A stretch of DNA of 64,000 nucleotides from an uncultured Actinomycetota bacterium (GTDB lineage Bacteria; Actinomycetota; Actinomycetes; Mycobacteriales; Mycobacteriaceae), in the NCBI GenBank assembly GCA_963743145.1, contig CAVUOR010000002.1:43022-107021 (forward strand), in the 5' to 3' direction. Of the stretch, positions 10,738 to 21,297 are shown one piece after another. The position numbers and the translations under genes were made by a program. The stretch's first letter is position 1; each line of letters opens with the position of its first letter. Below the pieces are notes generated by a model. It had not been told where the DNA came from. It saw only the letters and a program-made list of their open reading frames with translations, and did no database searches.

Positions 10738-12222
10738 CTACTGGCCATCCGTCGGCGTCCAGATGTGGGTGGGTTCCGACCGGCCGCGCAGGACGGTCTC
10801 GCCGCTTGACAGCCAGTGCCGGCGCTCGGCGGTGTCAGCGCGATCTATCACCGCGGCCGAACATACGATCCGGCGGTCTGACGTTTTGGCGAGGTCGGCC
10901 AGCCTCGCCGCCTCATTGACGGCATCACCAATCACCGTGTATTCGTAGCGGTTTTCGGCACCGATGTTTCCGGCAAAGACCGGACCTGCCGAAACACCGA
11001 TCCCGAAGTCGACCAGGGGTAGCTGGCCCAACTGGCTTCGCAGACTGCGCGCCGTCGCCAACGCTTGTGACGCCGCTTCGCCTGACGGTAGCGGCACCCC
11101 GAAAACAGCCAGCGCGGCGTCGCCCTGGAATTTGTTGATAAAGCCATGCCTCTCATCAACGGCGCTGACAACAATTCGGAAGAAATCATTGAGCACCTCG
11201 GCGACCTCGCGTGGCGGGCGACTCGCCGTCAGTTTCGTCGAGTCCACCAAATCGATGAAAAGTATCGCCGCCTCCCGCACGTCTCCGGACAGCGACGTGC
11301 CCTCTTCGACGGCGCGGCGGGCCACATCTACCCCGACGTGACGACCGAACAGGTCCCGTAACCGGTCGCGCTCGCCGATCCCGTTAACCATTCGATTGAA
11401 ACCGCCTTGCAAGCGCCCGATTTGAGAGCGTTCGTAGACTCCGACAGAGGTGTCGATCCGGCCCTTTTCGACTTGAGCCATCGCGTCGACCACCTCCCCT
11501 ATCGGGTCAGAAATCGATCGCGAGGTCAGGATCATCGTCGGAAGCCCCAGTAAAACAGCGGCAATTGTTACGACCAAGATGGGCATCTCGACCGACGCGC
11601 CCTTCTGAATGATCCAACCGTTCGCCCGCATCAAAACTACAGCCGCGATAGCCGCACATGGCAGCCCGCTGGCCATTAACCACATGCCCACCAGTCGGGT
11701 CAGCACGCTTGGGGCTATCACTCCACCCTCAGCGCCTTGGCTGGCAGCGATCAGAATCGGGCGAAGCGGTCGCTGAGTGAGCAGAAGACTGAGGATTGCC
11801 GCCGCGATTCCCCCGCACACCACTGCCAACAGCGTGCCTATCGCGAGCAAGATACCGCCATCAAGGTTCAGTCCGAGGAAGATGACGCCGCTTACGGCCC
11901 ATGTCGCTGCCAGGATCAGCGACTGTCGCCTGACGAGTCTTAGGGCACTACGCCGTTGACCTTGATCCGGCTGGTGACCGCGCACAAACCACCGCAGCGA
12001 TGGAGCGAGGCTCAACCCGCCGCTTACTGCCACCCCGACAGCTCCGACAATAACGAGGATCACCGCGATGACCATGTTCTTAGCGGCGAAGTACCCGTAC
12101 GCATGGGTGACTGTCCGGTCATGCAGCGGAATCACAATGGCGGCCGCGTCGCCGACAGCGAGCAGGTGAGCGCATGCGAGCCCGGCCGCATACTGAATCG
12201 ATAACCTGCGGGCCTTGGTCAC
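10738..12222 (-). CDS. Membrane adenylate/guanylate cyclase (TM + HAMP + class III catalytic domain)
   Basis: LFIDLVDST, KFQGDA, YTVIGDAVNEAARL; several TM helices. Confidence 0.93.
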   Translation of the reverse strand: MTKARRLSIQYAAGLACAHLLAVGDAAAIVIPLHDRTVTHAYGYFAAKNMVIAVILVIVGAVGVAVSGGLSLAPSLRWFVRGHQPDQGQRRSALRLVRRQSLILAATWAVSGVIFLGLNLDGGILLAIGTLLAVVCGGIAAAILSLLLTQRPLRPILIAASQGAEGGVIAPSVLTRLVGMWLMASGLPCAAIAAVVLMRANGWIIQKGASVEMPILVVTIAAVLLGLPTMILTSRSISDPIGEVVDAMAQVEKGRIDTSVGVYERSQIGRLQGGFNRMVNGIGERDRLRDLFGRHVGVDVARRAVEEGTSLSGDVREAAILFIDLVDSTKLTASRPPREVAEVLNDFFRIVVSAVDERHGFINKFQGDAALAVFGVPLPSGEAASQALATARSLRSQLGQLPLVDFGIGVSAGPVFAGNIGAENRYEYTVIGDAVNEAARLADLAKTSDRRIVCSAAVIDRADTAERRHWLSSGETVLRGRSEPTHIWTPTDGQ

Positions 12223-12273
12223 GGAAACAAGGTAGCCGAGGAGCGGCGCAGGTAGCTGTAGCGAGCCGCTGCC

Positions 12274-13758
12274 CTAGCCGGCGGGATAACCCACGGACTT
12301 GATCTCGGTGTACTGGTCGAACCCGGCCACACCGTTTTGCCGGCCCACACCGCTGTCCTTGTATCCGCCGAACGGCGTGTCGGCACCGTATGGAGCGCCG
12401 CCGTTGACGCCCATGAAGCCGGCCTTGATCCGACGGGCCACCGCCAGCGAATGCTCAAGGGAACCCGACATCACGTTACCGGCCAACCCGTAGGGGCTGT
12501 CGTTGGCAATCCGGATCGCGTCTTCCTCGTCGTCGAACGGGATCACGGCTAGCACCGGGCCGAAGATCTCCTCCTGCGCGATCGTCATGGAGTTGTCGAC
12601 ATCGGTGAAAAGTGTTGGCCTGACGAAATATCCCTTATCGAAACCGGTGGGCGCATCGGGTCCACCGACCAGCGCGGTGGCGCCCTCTTCGACACCCTTG
12701 CGGATGTAACCAGTCACCCGCTCGAACTGCCTTTCTGAAATCAGCGGGCCGCACAACGTTCCGGGATCCTGCGGGTCACCCGGCATGACGTTCTCGTAGA
12801 TGCTCTTGAGGATCGCCACGCCTTCGTCGTAACGGGACCGCGGCAGCAGCATTCGGGTCGGGTTGGCGCAGCCCTGCCCGGCGTGCATGCACGGCGCGAT
12901 GCCGATCGCGCAGGCCAGCCCGAAGTCGGCGTCCTCGAGGACGATGGTGGCCGATTTGCCACCGAGCTCCAGGAATAGCCGTTTCATGGTCGCGGCGCCT
13001 TTTTCCATGATCCGCTTGCCGACCACCGTCGAGCCGGTGAAAGAGATCAGGTCGACCTTGGGTGACAGCGTCAGCTCCTCACCCACGAAGTGATCCGATG
13101 CCGTGACGACGTTGACGACTCCGGCTGGGATGTCGGTCTTTTCGGCGATCAGTCGGCCCAGCCTGGTCGCGTTGAACGGGGTGTTCGGCGCCGGCTTGAG
13201 CACCACGGTGTTTCCGGTGCCCAACGCCTGGCCCAGCTTGTTGATCGTCACCTCGAACGGGAAGTTCCACGGCACGATCGCACCGACCACGCCGACCGGT
13301 TCCCGCCAGACCTTGCGGGTGGTCAGCGTGCCGGTGAGGCTGATCACCTTGTCGCCCAGGTCGGTCTCCCACGGGTACTCGTCGATCAGCCTGGCGGGGT
13401 ACTTCAGCCCGTCTTCCAGCGGGGCGTCCAACTGCGGTCCGAACGTGATGGCCCGGGGTGAGCCGACTTCGAGGATGAGCTCCTCGCGCAGCTCCTCTTT
13501 CTCCGATTCGATCGCGTCGTGCAACTGCAGGAGACAGCGCTGACGCAACTTGTGGTTGGTCGACCAGTCGGTCTCGTCGAAGGCCCGGCGGGCGGCGTCG
13601 ATTGCCCGGTGCATGTCGTCCTTCGACGCGTCGGCTACTTCACCGATCGGCTCCTCGGTTGCCGGGTTGATATTGGTGAAGGTGCCGGCCTGGCCGTCGA
13701 CGAGCTTGCCGTCGATCATCATCTTCGACTCGAAGCGGACCTTTACAGCCTCAGTCAT
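12274..13758 (-). CDS. Aldehyde dehydrogenase
   Basis: IVPWNFP, FTGST, LELGGKS, EEIFGP. Confidence 0.95.
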   Translation of the reverse strand: MTEAVKVRFESKMMIDGKLVDGQAGTFTNINPATEEPIGEVADASKDDMHRAIDAARRAFDETDWSTNHKLRQRCLLQLHDAIESEKEELREELILEVGSPRAITFGPQLDAPLEDGLKYPARLIDEYPWETDLGDKVISLTGTLTTRKVWREPVGVVGAIVPWNFPFEVTINKLGQALGTGNTVVLKPAPNTPFNATRLGRLIAEKTDIPAGVVNVVTASDHFVGEELTLSPKVDLISFTGSTVVGKRIMEKGAATMKRLFLELGGKSATIVLEDADFGLACAIGIAPCMHAGQGCANPTRMLLPRSRYDEGVAILKSIYENVMPGDPQDPGTLCGPLISERQFERVTGYIRKGVEEGATALVGGPDAPTGFDKGYFVRPTLFTDVDNSMTIAQEEIFGPVLAVIPFDDEEDAIRIANDSPYGLAGNVMSGSLEHSLAVARRIKAGFMGVNGGAPYGADTPFGGYKDSGVGRQNGVAGFDQYTEIKSVGYPAG

Positions 13759-13885
13759 GTTTGTCGCTCTCTGTAGACGGGGCGCTGCACAAAGCACCGG
13801 GGACGCGGGATGCCCATGGCAAGACTAGAGCACCCTATGGTGAGCCTTACCGGAAGGTAGCCGATTGGCGGCGAGCGCGGCGCTG

Positions 13886-15103
13886 TTACTGGGCATCGAA
13901 CAGCACCGGGACCGAAGTCGGTGACCGGAAAACCTGCCCGCGGACGTGCGGGTCGTTTCCGTCGGGGTCCAGCCGGAGATTTGGCAGCCGGTCCAGCAAA
14001 AGGTTGATGGCGGTGCGCATTTCGAGCCGCGCTAGGTGCATGCCGAGGCAGACGTGTACGCCGTGGCCCCAGCCCAGGTTCGCCTTTGCTTGCCGGTGAA
14101 TGTTGAACGTGTCGGGGTCGTCATAGCGATCTTCTTGCCGGTTGGCAGAGCCGAGCATCGGCATCACCGTCGCGCCGGCCGGGATCGCGACCCCGCCGAG
14201 TTCGGTGTCGCGGGTCGCCACCCGGGTGATGGTCAACAGCGGCGGTTCCCAGCGCACGCCCTCTTCGATGGCCTGCGGCAGCAGCGACCGGTCCGCACGG
14301 ATGGCGTCTAGTTGCGCGGGATCGGATAGCAAAGCTAGAAGCAGGCTTCCCAGCGCCCGATACGTGGTCTCTACTCCGGCGGGCAGCAGCAGTCGAAGGA
14401 ACGAGAAGATCTCCTCGTCGGCCAGCTTTTCTCCGTCGATTTCGGCCGCACCGAGCGCGCTGATCAGGTCGTCCTTCGGCTCGGCGCGACGAGCCTGCAG
14501 GATCGGTGCGAAGTAGTCGCACAGCGCAGCTGAGGCCGCAAGCCCGCGTTCCGGGTTCATCAGCCAGCTCAGCAGCGAGATCGACCACCGCTGGAACTGC
14601 GGGTAGTCCTTTTCCGGCAAGCCCAGCAGACCCGCGATGATCTGGCTGGGATAGTCGAAGGTGAATTCCTTGACGAGGTCTGCCTTGCCGTTGGGTGCGA
14701 ACTTGTCGATCAGGCCGTTGGCGACGCGGCCGACCAACTCGTCTTCCCAGCGCGCCAATGACTTCTGCCCGAACGCCTTCGAGACCAACGAACGCAGTCG
14801 ACCGTGGATTGGCTCGTCCATGCCGAGCATGACCCCTTCGCCCAGCACGGGTCCGAATGCGGCGATGACGGCCGACGAGGAAAACGTCTCGTTGTCGCGC
14901 AGCATCTGCTGGACGTCTTCGTGGCGATACACAATGAACATCGGTAGCGACTCCTCGTGCGGAAGCGCTCCCGAGGTCTCCAGTCGCTGCACCGGTTCCT
15001 CGCGCCGCAACCGAGCCAGTTCGGTGTAGGGGTCACGCACGTCACCGGATATCGCATCGTCGAAGGAACCGAAGTCCTCCAGGTCGTCGAAAAGCTGTTC
15101 CAT
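13886..15103 (-). CDS. Cytochrome P450
   Basis: AGVETT I-helix, EGVR (ExxR), GHGVHVCLG heme ligand. Confidence 0.95.
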   Translation of the reverse strand: MEQLFDDLEDFGSFDDAISGDVRDPYTELARLRREEPVQRLETSGALPHEESLPMFIVYRHEDVQQMLRDNETFSSSAVIAAFGPVLGEGVMLGMDEPIHGRLRSLVSKAFGQKSLARWEDELVGRVANGLIDKFAPNGKADLVKEFTFDYPSQIIAGLLGLPEKDYPQFQRWSISLLSWLMNPERGLAASAALCDYFAPILQARRAEPKDDLISALGAAEIDGEKLADEEIFSFLRLLLPAGVETTYRALGSLLLALLSDPAQLDAIRADRSLLPQAIEEGVRWEPPLLTITRVATRDTELGGVAIPAGATVMPMLGSANRQEDRYDDPDTFNIHRQAKANLGWGHGVHVCLGMHLARLEMRTAINLLLDRLPNLRLDPDGNDPHVRGQVFRSPTSVPVLFDAQ

Positions 15104-15113
15104 AAGTACTCCT

Positions 15114-16121
15114 TCAGTCCTCTTTCTCGGGCGTGTTCTTCGCCGGCGAAATGCGCATCGCCAACGTAGCCAAGCGTTGCAATACCGGCGCCGGAATCAC
15201 TTTCGCCGCAAACACCATCGCCTTTTGGGCCGTCGTCAACGGATACGCCCCGCCGCGCATCGAGCCTTGTCTGGGGATGCCCAGGACGATCCGGGACATG
15301 TGGTGCATTCCCGAAGCCGGGAGGATCCTGCTGGACGCCAAGAGCATTGCGGCATCCGGGCCTACACCGCGGCGGCGGAACGACGTCTGGTCAGCCAGCG
15401 CCTTGAGCAGCGCCATCGGTGAACCGCTCAGGTGGCCGGGCGAGACGCATCGCGAACCGCCCGCGGGTGTTCATGGTGTTGTGCAGCCGAGCGTAGGGAC
15501 CGTTGAAATTACGATCGTCAATGGTGCCCGCGTCGGTGATGATGTCGGTGTCGTACGTGCCGGCCACCAGGATGGTGACACCGAGACCGAAGGGGGCGAT
15601 CTCGCACTGCCATCGACTCGCCCCACCGCTCTAGGGCTCCTTTGGCCGCCGAGTACGGCGCGGTGCCCGGTTGACCGCGTACCCCGGCCGCGCTGGATAC
15701 CAGCACGATTCGCCCTTCGCCCGCCGCCCGCATCGACGGCAGCAGAGCCTGGGTTAGCGCGACGGGGCCCAGGACGCTGGTGGCGAACATCTTCTGCCAC
15801 AGCGCCATATCGGTCTCCTCCACCATGCCGGCAGCGGAGATCCCGGCGTTGTGCACCAGTGCGTAGGGTGCGCCGACGGCTTCTTCGATCGTCTTGGCAG
15901 CCGCGGCGATCGACGCGGCGTCCAACAGGTCGAGCTGACACACCGATCAGCCGGTCGTCGTCTGCAGCGGCCCCTGTCGCCTCTCGAAGCAGCGGAAGCC
16001 CGCGGTCGGGTGTGCGCATGGCCGCGACCACGCGCCACCCCTCGCGATACAGGCGCACCGCCGATGCGAACCCCAGCCCGCGGGACGCACCGGTGATGAC
16101 AACTGCGCGCGGCTCAACCAT
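15114..16121 (-). pseudogene. SDR oxidoreductase split by about three frameshifts (possibly sequencing errors)
   Basis: TGASRGLG, LVHNAG and YSAAK are spread across successive ORFs 15471-16133, 15518-15943 and 15114-15416. Confidence 0.75.
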
Positions 16122-17265
16122 TCTTGCTCGCACAGGGCGCCTACACCCGGCGGCGGTGGGTCGACATGCGGCCGCCCGTTCGGCTCACCGCTTGCCCAGG
16201 TCGACCAGATGCCAACCGAGTACGGACCTTGGGCTCCCGCCTTCTCGTAAAATCCTTGCGGGTCATAAACTTTGGCTTCCGGATAGGGCCACGGGCAGGC
16301 GACGGAGGTCGCCGCATGACTCATCTTGATGACGGCGAACCATCCCCCGTAGGCGAAGTACGACACGTTCATGATGGCGAACATCACCAGAAAGGTGCCG
16401 AGCACCGGACGGCTGGGCAGGATCTTCGCTTTCGCGGTCAGCTTCTCGGCCACCGACTTTCCGGTGTCGTCGCGGTAGCAGAGTATCGCCGCGGGGATCA
16501 TCACGAAGGTCACCGAGAACGACTCCCAGATCAGCGGGAATTGGAATGTCGTGCCGGTGAATACCGAGCCCCACGGAATCACCTGGGAGTAGATGTACAT
16601 GCCGGCGTGCACGAGTTGGATCTCCAGCCACGCGTCGAAGACGAAGCCGATCACACAGGTCAGCAGACCCAGGCTGACCAACGGGTGCCGCGACACGTAA
16701 CTCTCGGGTCCGTACTTGGCCTGCAGCTTGCGCAGGATCCACACCGCCGGGAAAGTACGGGCCGAAGTAGAACATCACGTAGCCGAACACCACGAACGGT
16801 TCGACGGTCGGCGACAACGACACCAGTGGCCACGACTCCGGCCAGTGGATCAGATCGGGGTTGTAGACCGCGAACGGCGACCAGTTCATGATCGGGTCCT
16901 GCCACACGATCAGCGTCGTGCACAGGAACATCAGCATCACCGGACTACCCGGATTGCGCCGCCATCCCCTGATGAAGACCACCAGCAGCACGAGCAACAT
17001 GATCACGGTCGCAACGTGCAGGAAGGTGATGTAGTCCAGCCCGAAGAGGAACTTGACGGGGCGCGGCCGGCCATGAACATTCGGGTTGGCGACCCGCGGG
17101 TCAAGGGCGATCGCGGCAGTTGGCGATGAAGAAGAGCGCGAACGCCGCCAGGGCTGCGCCGGCGACCCATCCACCCCACCCCTTGCGCCCTCCGCCACCG
17201 CGCGACGCGGCGGACTCGTCTGCTTTGAGTGGTGCGGATTGTTCTGTAGATCCCTCCGTGCTCAA
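16114..17265 (-). pseudogene. Spirocyclase AveC-like integral membrane protein, frameshifted
   Basis: WQDPIMNW..YNP..WP motif and hydrophobic helices across ORFs 16263-17198 and 15947-16744. Reconstructed stop overlaps the SDR start. Confidence 0.65.
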
Positions 17266-17268
17266 GAG

Positions 17269-18387
17269 TCAGCCTTCCTCTCCGAAGCGATCGACCAGAT
17301 GCGAGTTGATGCCGTCGGCATCGAGGGTCCGTGCCACCAGATAGCCAGCGCCCATCCAGGCCCGGCGGGTCCATTTACCGAACGACACCCGGGTGCCGGG
17401 CGCGCCTGAAGCGGCGGGCATCATCTTGACCCGTTCCAGCGCCTCTTTCACGCCGCGCGGGCTGAGCGGGTGCGCGTCGCTGAAAGCCCGCACCAATGTC
17501 GCGGCGACGTCGCGGTTGACCGGCGGCACGCAGTATTCGGGACGCCGTCCGTCGTACTTTTTCGCGTAGCGGTCGAGGAAGTCCTGACCGATTTGATTCG
17601 CCTCGTCGTACTGGTCGACGCCGATCCATCCCATGAACGCGTTCCACATGATCGGGTTTACCCATGCGTTCTGGAAAGCCGTGGTGGTGAACCGCGGCGG
17701 GTCCCAATTGACAGCCTCCAGCGCGGGGTTGATGAACACGATCCCGAAGCCGAAGCCCAGATGCACGATCGCTTCTGCTTTGGCATCGTGAAGAGTGCGC
17801 ACCGCTTCATTAATGTCTTGCGCGGTCTGCGCAATAGCCGCTTCCGCGACAATGCGAATACCTTTGCGTCGGCAGGCGCTTCGTAAATTCTTGAGATAGC
17901 TCTCGCCGATGAGGTTCTGCTCGACGAGAACCCCGATTTCGGTAAAGCCGCGTTTGGCCACGAGGTCCGCGATGAAGATCGGCTCGTCGGTCATCGATCC
18001 TTGCGGGAAGGAAAATGTCCATTCGCCCAACCAGTCGTCGGTGCCGGTGACGCTGATGCCCGGCACCTTGAACCGCTCTTCGATCGCTTCGCGGGTGGGC
18101 ACGCAGTTGTCGGTGATGTGCGGCCCGAAAACGACCAGACAACCTTCGTCGACGAGTTCGCCGTAAGCATCGATCACCGCTTTGACCGATCCTTTGGGCA
18201 GCCCCTCGACCTCGCGGTAAATCATCTGGACGGGCCGGTCCACTAAGCCGTGCTCAACGGCCTCCTCGAAGACGAGGTCGAAGCAGCGGGTGAAGTCCGC
18301 CTTCATCTCCTCGGGGAAACCCGGTGGGAGCGTGAAGTCCATGAGGTAGCCGACCTTGAACGGCTCTGCGGTGCTTTCGTAGGACAT
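17269..18387 (-). CDS. ABC-transporter substrate-binding-fold protein (branched-chain amino acid type), no signal peptide
   Basis: LVVFGP and other type I periplasmic-binding-fold features; N-terminus MSYESTAEPFKVGYL is hydrophilic. Confidence 0.7.
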   Translation of the reverse strand: MSYESTAEPFKVGYLMDFTLPPGFPEEMKADFTRCFDLVFEEAVEHGLVDRPVQMIYREVEGLPKGSVKAVIDAYGELVDEGCLVVFGPHITDNCVPTREAIEERFKVPGISVTGTDDWLGEWTFSFPQGSMTDEPIFIADLVAKRGFTEIGVLVEQNLIGESYLKNLRSACRRKGIRIVAEAAIAQTAQDINEAVRTLHDAKAEAIVHLGFGFGIVFINPALEAVNWDPPRFTTTAFQNAWVNPIMWNAFMGWIGVDQYDEANQIGQDFLDRYAKKYDGRRPEYCVPPVNRDVAATLVRAFSDAHPLSPRGVKEALERVKMMPAASGAPGTRVSFGKWTRRAWMGAGYLVARTLDADGINSHLVDRFGEEG

Positions 18388-18430
18388 CTGACCTCCCGGG
18401 CGGGGACCTCACTCTGACGAACTCGCGACT

Positions 18431-18446
18431 GACCTAATATTTGTTC
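18431..18446. promoter_or_regulatory. Palindromic operator copy 3 (GACCTAATATTTGTTC)
   Basis: Upstream of the SBP-AveC-SDR-P450 operon. Confidence 0.75.
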
Positions 18447-18480
18447 AGACCCTAGTGGCGGCGGTATGCAGCGTCAATCA

Positions 18481-19326
18481 TCAGACCCATCGGACCCAGC
18501 ACAGATAGACCCCGATCATCTCGTTGAGGGCCCTGCCCACCGCCACGTCGTCAGTGAGCGGTCCGGCAATTGCCGCTCGTGCTGCCTCTCGGATGGCAAG
18601 ACCCTCTACGACGAGCATGCCTGCCGCGATGAGCACGCGGGTCGATGCGACCTCACGCAGCCCGCCGGTTTCCAGGCGGCGGATCGCCTGCGCCAAACGC
18701 ACCAGCTCGGCGGCGGTGGCGGCATCCACGCCCGCCTCATGGGCAACGATGCCCTCTTCGACATCCGCTGTGGGAAAGCCGAATTCGACGGCGACCATCC
18801 GCTGTCGCGTCGAGTCCTTCAGGTCCTTGAGCACGCTTTGATAGCCGGGGTTGTAGGACACCACGAGACCGAACCCAGGCGCTGCGTCCAGCGTGACACC
18901 GAGACGCTCGATAGGCAGCTGCCGCCGGTGATCGGCCAGCGGATGCAGCACCACGGTCGTGTCCTGTCGGGCCTCCACCACTTCGTCCAGGTAACAGATA
19001 GCGCCCTCGCGCACCGCCCGGGTGAGCGGACCGTCCACCCAAACCGTCTCGTCACCCCGCAGCAGATAGCGCCCGACAAGGTCCGCCGTGGTGAGGTCGT
19101 CGTGGCAGGCAACCGTGATCAGCGGCCGGCCGAGATCGTGGGCCATCGCCTCGACGAATCGGGTCTTGCCGCAACCTGTCGGGCCCTTGAGGACGAGCGC
19201 CAGACCTTGGTGGTAGGCGGCCTTGAAGATGGCCTCTTCGTTGCCGAGCGCCTTGTAGTAGGGCCGTATCGCCCCCGCGTCGGGAGTCACGCCGTTCCGG
19301 CTAACGATCCCGGACTCGTTGGCCAT
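18481..19326 (-). CDS. CbbQ/NirQ/NorQ family MoxR AAA+ ATPase
   Basis: GPTGCGKT Walker A, YLDEVVEAR Walker B, SYNPGYQ..KDLK.STRQR. Confidence 0.92.
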   Translation of the reverse strand: MANESGIVSRNGVTPDAGAIRPYYKALGNEEAIFKAAYHQGLALVLKGPTGCGKTRFVEAMAHDLGRPLITVACHDDLTTADLVGRYLLRGDETVWVDGPLTRAVREGAICYLDEVVEARQDTTVVLHPLADHRRQLPIERLGVTLDAAPGFGLVVSYNPGYQSVLKDLKDSTRQRMVAVEFGFPTADVEEGIVAHEAGVDAATAAELVRLAQAIRRLETGGLREVASTRVLIAAGMLVVEGLAIREAARAAIAGPLTDDVAVGRALNEMIGVYLCWVRWV

Positions 19327-19374
19327 AACGTCCCTTCCGCCATCCGCAGCGCCGCGGTCATTGCAGCCTAACCG

Positions 19375-19390
19375 GAACAGATGTTTGTTT
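19375..19390. promoter_or_regulatory. Palindromic operator copy 4 (GAACAGATGTTTGTTT)
   Basis: Degenerate reverse-orientation copy upstream of the AAA ATPase. Confidence 0.55.
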
Positions 19391-19486
19391 CAAGTGCGCC
19401 GAATAGCTGGTGGGGACCCGGCATCGTCGCGCCAACTGCATTCTGGGACAAAAGATCAGCGCGGAGCTGGCGGGATCGCGCCTTCG

Positions 19487-21190
19487 TCATGACACCATCC
19501 GGCGGACCTCCGCCGAGCGCAATGCGGACCGGAACAGCGGTCCGATCACACCTACAAGTTGGTCTGGCCGCGCGATCGTCGCATGCGCGGTGCTGCCGAA
19601 CACTCTGCGCAGCGATCGCACGTCGGTTCCCGCGCCGATGGTCAGGCAGACACAACCGGTGCCCCGGTGGCGTGCCTCGGTCAGAGCGCGGCGCGCGTCA
19701 GCGGCGCCGTAGGCCCGCTCGTATCCGTGGTCGTATGCGAGTCCGTCGGACAGCACCACCAACAGGCGGCGGGACGTGCCTCCGCGTGCCTCCAGGACGG
19801 CCGAGCCGTGGCGGATGGCCGCACCGAGGCGGGAGTACGCGCCGGGTTCCAGGCTGTTCAGCCGCCTGATCACCTGGACGTCGAGGTGGTCGTCAAACCG
19901 CTTCACGGGCACCATGCTCACCGCCCCCCGGCCCTGCGAGTAGTAGGCATAGAGCGCAACCCGGTCACCGAGGTCGTGCAGTGCAACGGTCAAGTTGGCG
20001 GCCGCCGCGCGCTGTTGTTCGTGCACTGTCTGCCCCACCGTTCCGGGCTCGGCCGCCGAGCCGGACACGTCGAGTAGCAGCAAGACCGACAGGTCGCGCC
20101 GGCGCCGCAGGCTGTCGAGGTAAACCGCCTCGTCGGGCGCCGACCCAGCGCGCAGCTCGACGCGTGCTTCGACTGCCGCGTCAATGTCGATGTCGTCACC
20201 CTGCGCCTGGCGGTGGCGGCGGTGCAGACCCATGCCAAGTCGCGACAGCGGGCGCCGCACGCCGATGGCGTCGTCGATCTCCTGGGTCGCCGACGCTTTG
20301 ATCTTCGCTTCGACCTCCCGCACGGTGCACCACGCGGGCCGATAGCTCCGGCGCGCGACGTCCCATTCCGGATACTTCACGCCGTCCACGGCGGATTGAG
20401 CTTTGGGGTCCTTGCCGTCCTCGCTCGACGTTGAGCCCAGCGACGACACGGCGTACAGACCGCGCTTCGCGGAGTTCGTGCGATGAGTCGGGTTATCCGC
20501 GCCGGGCGGTCCGCCGCCGCTACTACGGGACTTCTTCCTTTTTGAAGACAGCATCTTTTTCAACCACTTGCCGATGAAGCCGCCCCCGCCCACCGGGCTG
20601 GTGAACAGGTCTGGATCGTCGGAATCGTCGATCGCGTCGTCGTCGAGCTCTTCTTGCCCCTGCACGTTGCGGTCTCGTGGGACATGCTGCGGGCTGGCGT
20701 GGTCCTCCTGCGCGGTCGCTCGTGAGCACGCGGCCAGCACCTTCGCCGCCCGGATCACACCGAACCCGGTGGCAGGGTCCTCGACCGTCGCCCGTCCGGC
20801 CGCAATGCTCAGCGACGCGGCGGGTGAATCGCTGCGACTGGCGATCTCGCGGTCGCCAATCGACGCCAAGGCTCTCGGCAGCAGGTCGGCATTGCCGACC
20901 AGCGCGCGATGACCCTCGATCGCCAGATAGCGCCTGGCCAGCCGGGGATGGCGGACCAGACGACGCACGACGTCGGGATCGAAGCTGCCGGCCGCGATCA
21001 TCGACGCCTGTACCGCAACCATCTCGAGTTTCGCGCGAAACGATGCGGCGGCGTCGAGGTAAACCGTCTGACCGTCCGTCCACGGGGGTTCACCTGGCTG
21101 CAGTTCGGCAACCGCCACGGCTTGGCCCGCAAGTGCAGAGGCGATCATTGCCAGGCCCTCCGAACCGCTGCCCAGAACGCCTTGAGCCAC
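19487..21190 (-). CDS. NorD/CbbO-like VWA domain protein
   Basis: YPEWD, LLLDVSGS MIDAS, RLGAAIRH, LSDG. Start moved to GTG 21190, downstream of the operator. Confidence 0.88.
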   Translation of the reverse strand: MAQGVLGSGSEGLAMIASALAGQAVAVAELQPGEPPWTDGQTVYLDAAASFRAKLEMVAVQASMIAAGSFDPDVVRRLVRHPRLARRYLAIEGHRALVGNADLLPRALASIGDREIASRSDSPAASLSIAAGRATVEDPATGFGVIRAAKVLAACSRATAQEDHASPQHVPRDRNVQGQEELDDDAIDDSDDPDLFTSPVGGGGFIGKWLKKMLSSKRKKSRSSGGGPPGADNPTHRTNSAKRGLYAVSSLGSTSSEDGKDPKAQSAVDGVKYPEWDVARRSYRPAWCTVREVEAKIKASATQEIDDAIGVRRPLSRLGMGLHRRHRQAQGDDIDIDAAVEARVELRAGSAPDEAVYLDSLRRRRDLSVLLLLDVSGSAAEPGTVGQTVHEQQRAAAANLTVALHDLGDRVALYAYYSQGRGAVSMVPVKRFDDHLDVQVIRRLNSLEPGAYSRLGAAIRHGSAVLEARGGTSRRLLVVLSDGLAYDHGYERAYGAADARRALTEARHRGTGCVCLTIGAGTDVRSLRRVFGSTAHATIARPDQLVGVIGPLFRSALRSAEVRRMVS

Positions 21191-21218
21191 GCTTGACCTC
21201 CGAGCCGGGGACTTTGTT

Positions 21219-21234
21219 GACCAAATATCTGTTC
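21219..21234. promoter_or_regulatory. Palindromic operator copy 5 (GACCAAATATCTGTTC)
   Basis: Lies between the divergent norD-like and fadE genes. Confidence 0.75.
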
Positions 21235-21297
21235 CAACGTAAAGTCCGGCTTGGCCGCAGTCAATCATGCAGGGTCGATAAGGGACCGCCTAGAACA

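Noticed and set aside
20677-21297. Long N-terminal extensions predicted for fadE (from 20677), WS/DGAT (from 7317) and DyP (from 31333)
   Set aside because: They overlap neighbouring genes or operators; family-typical starts lie downstream.
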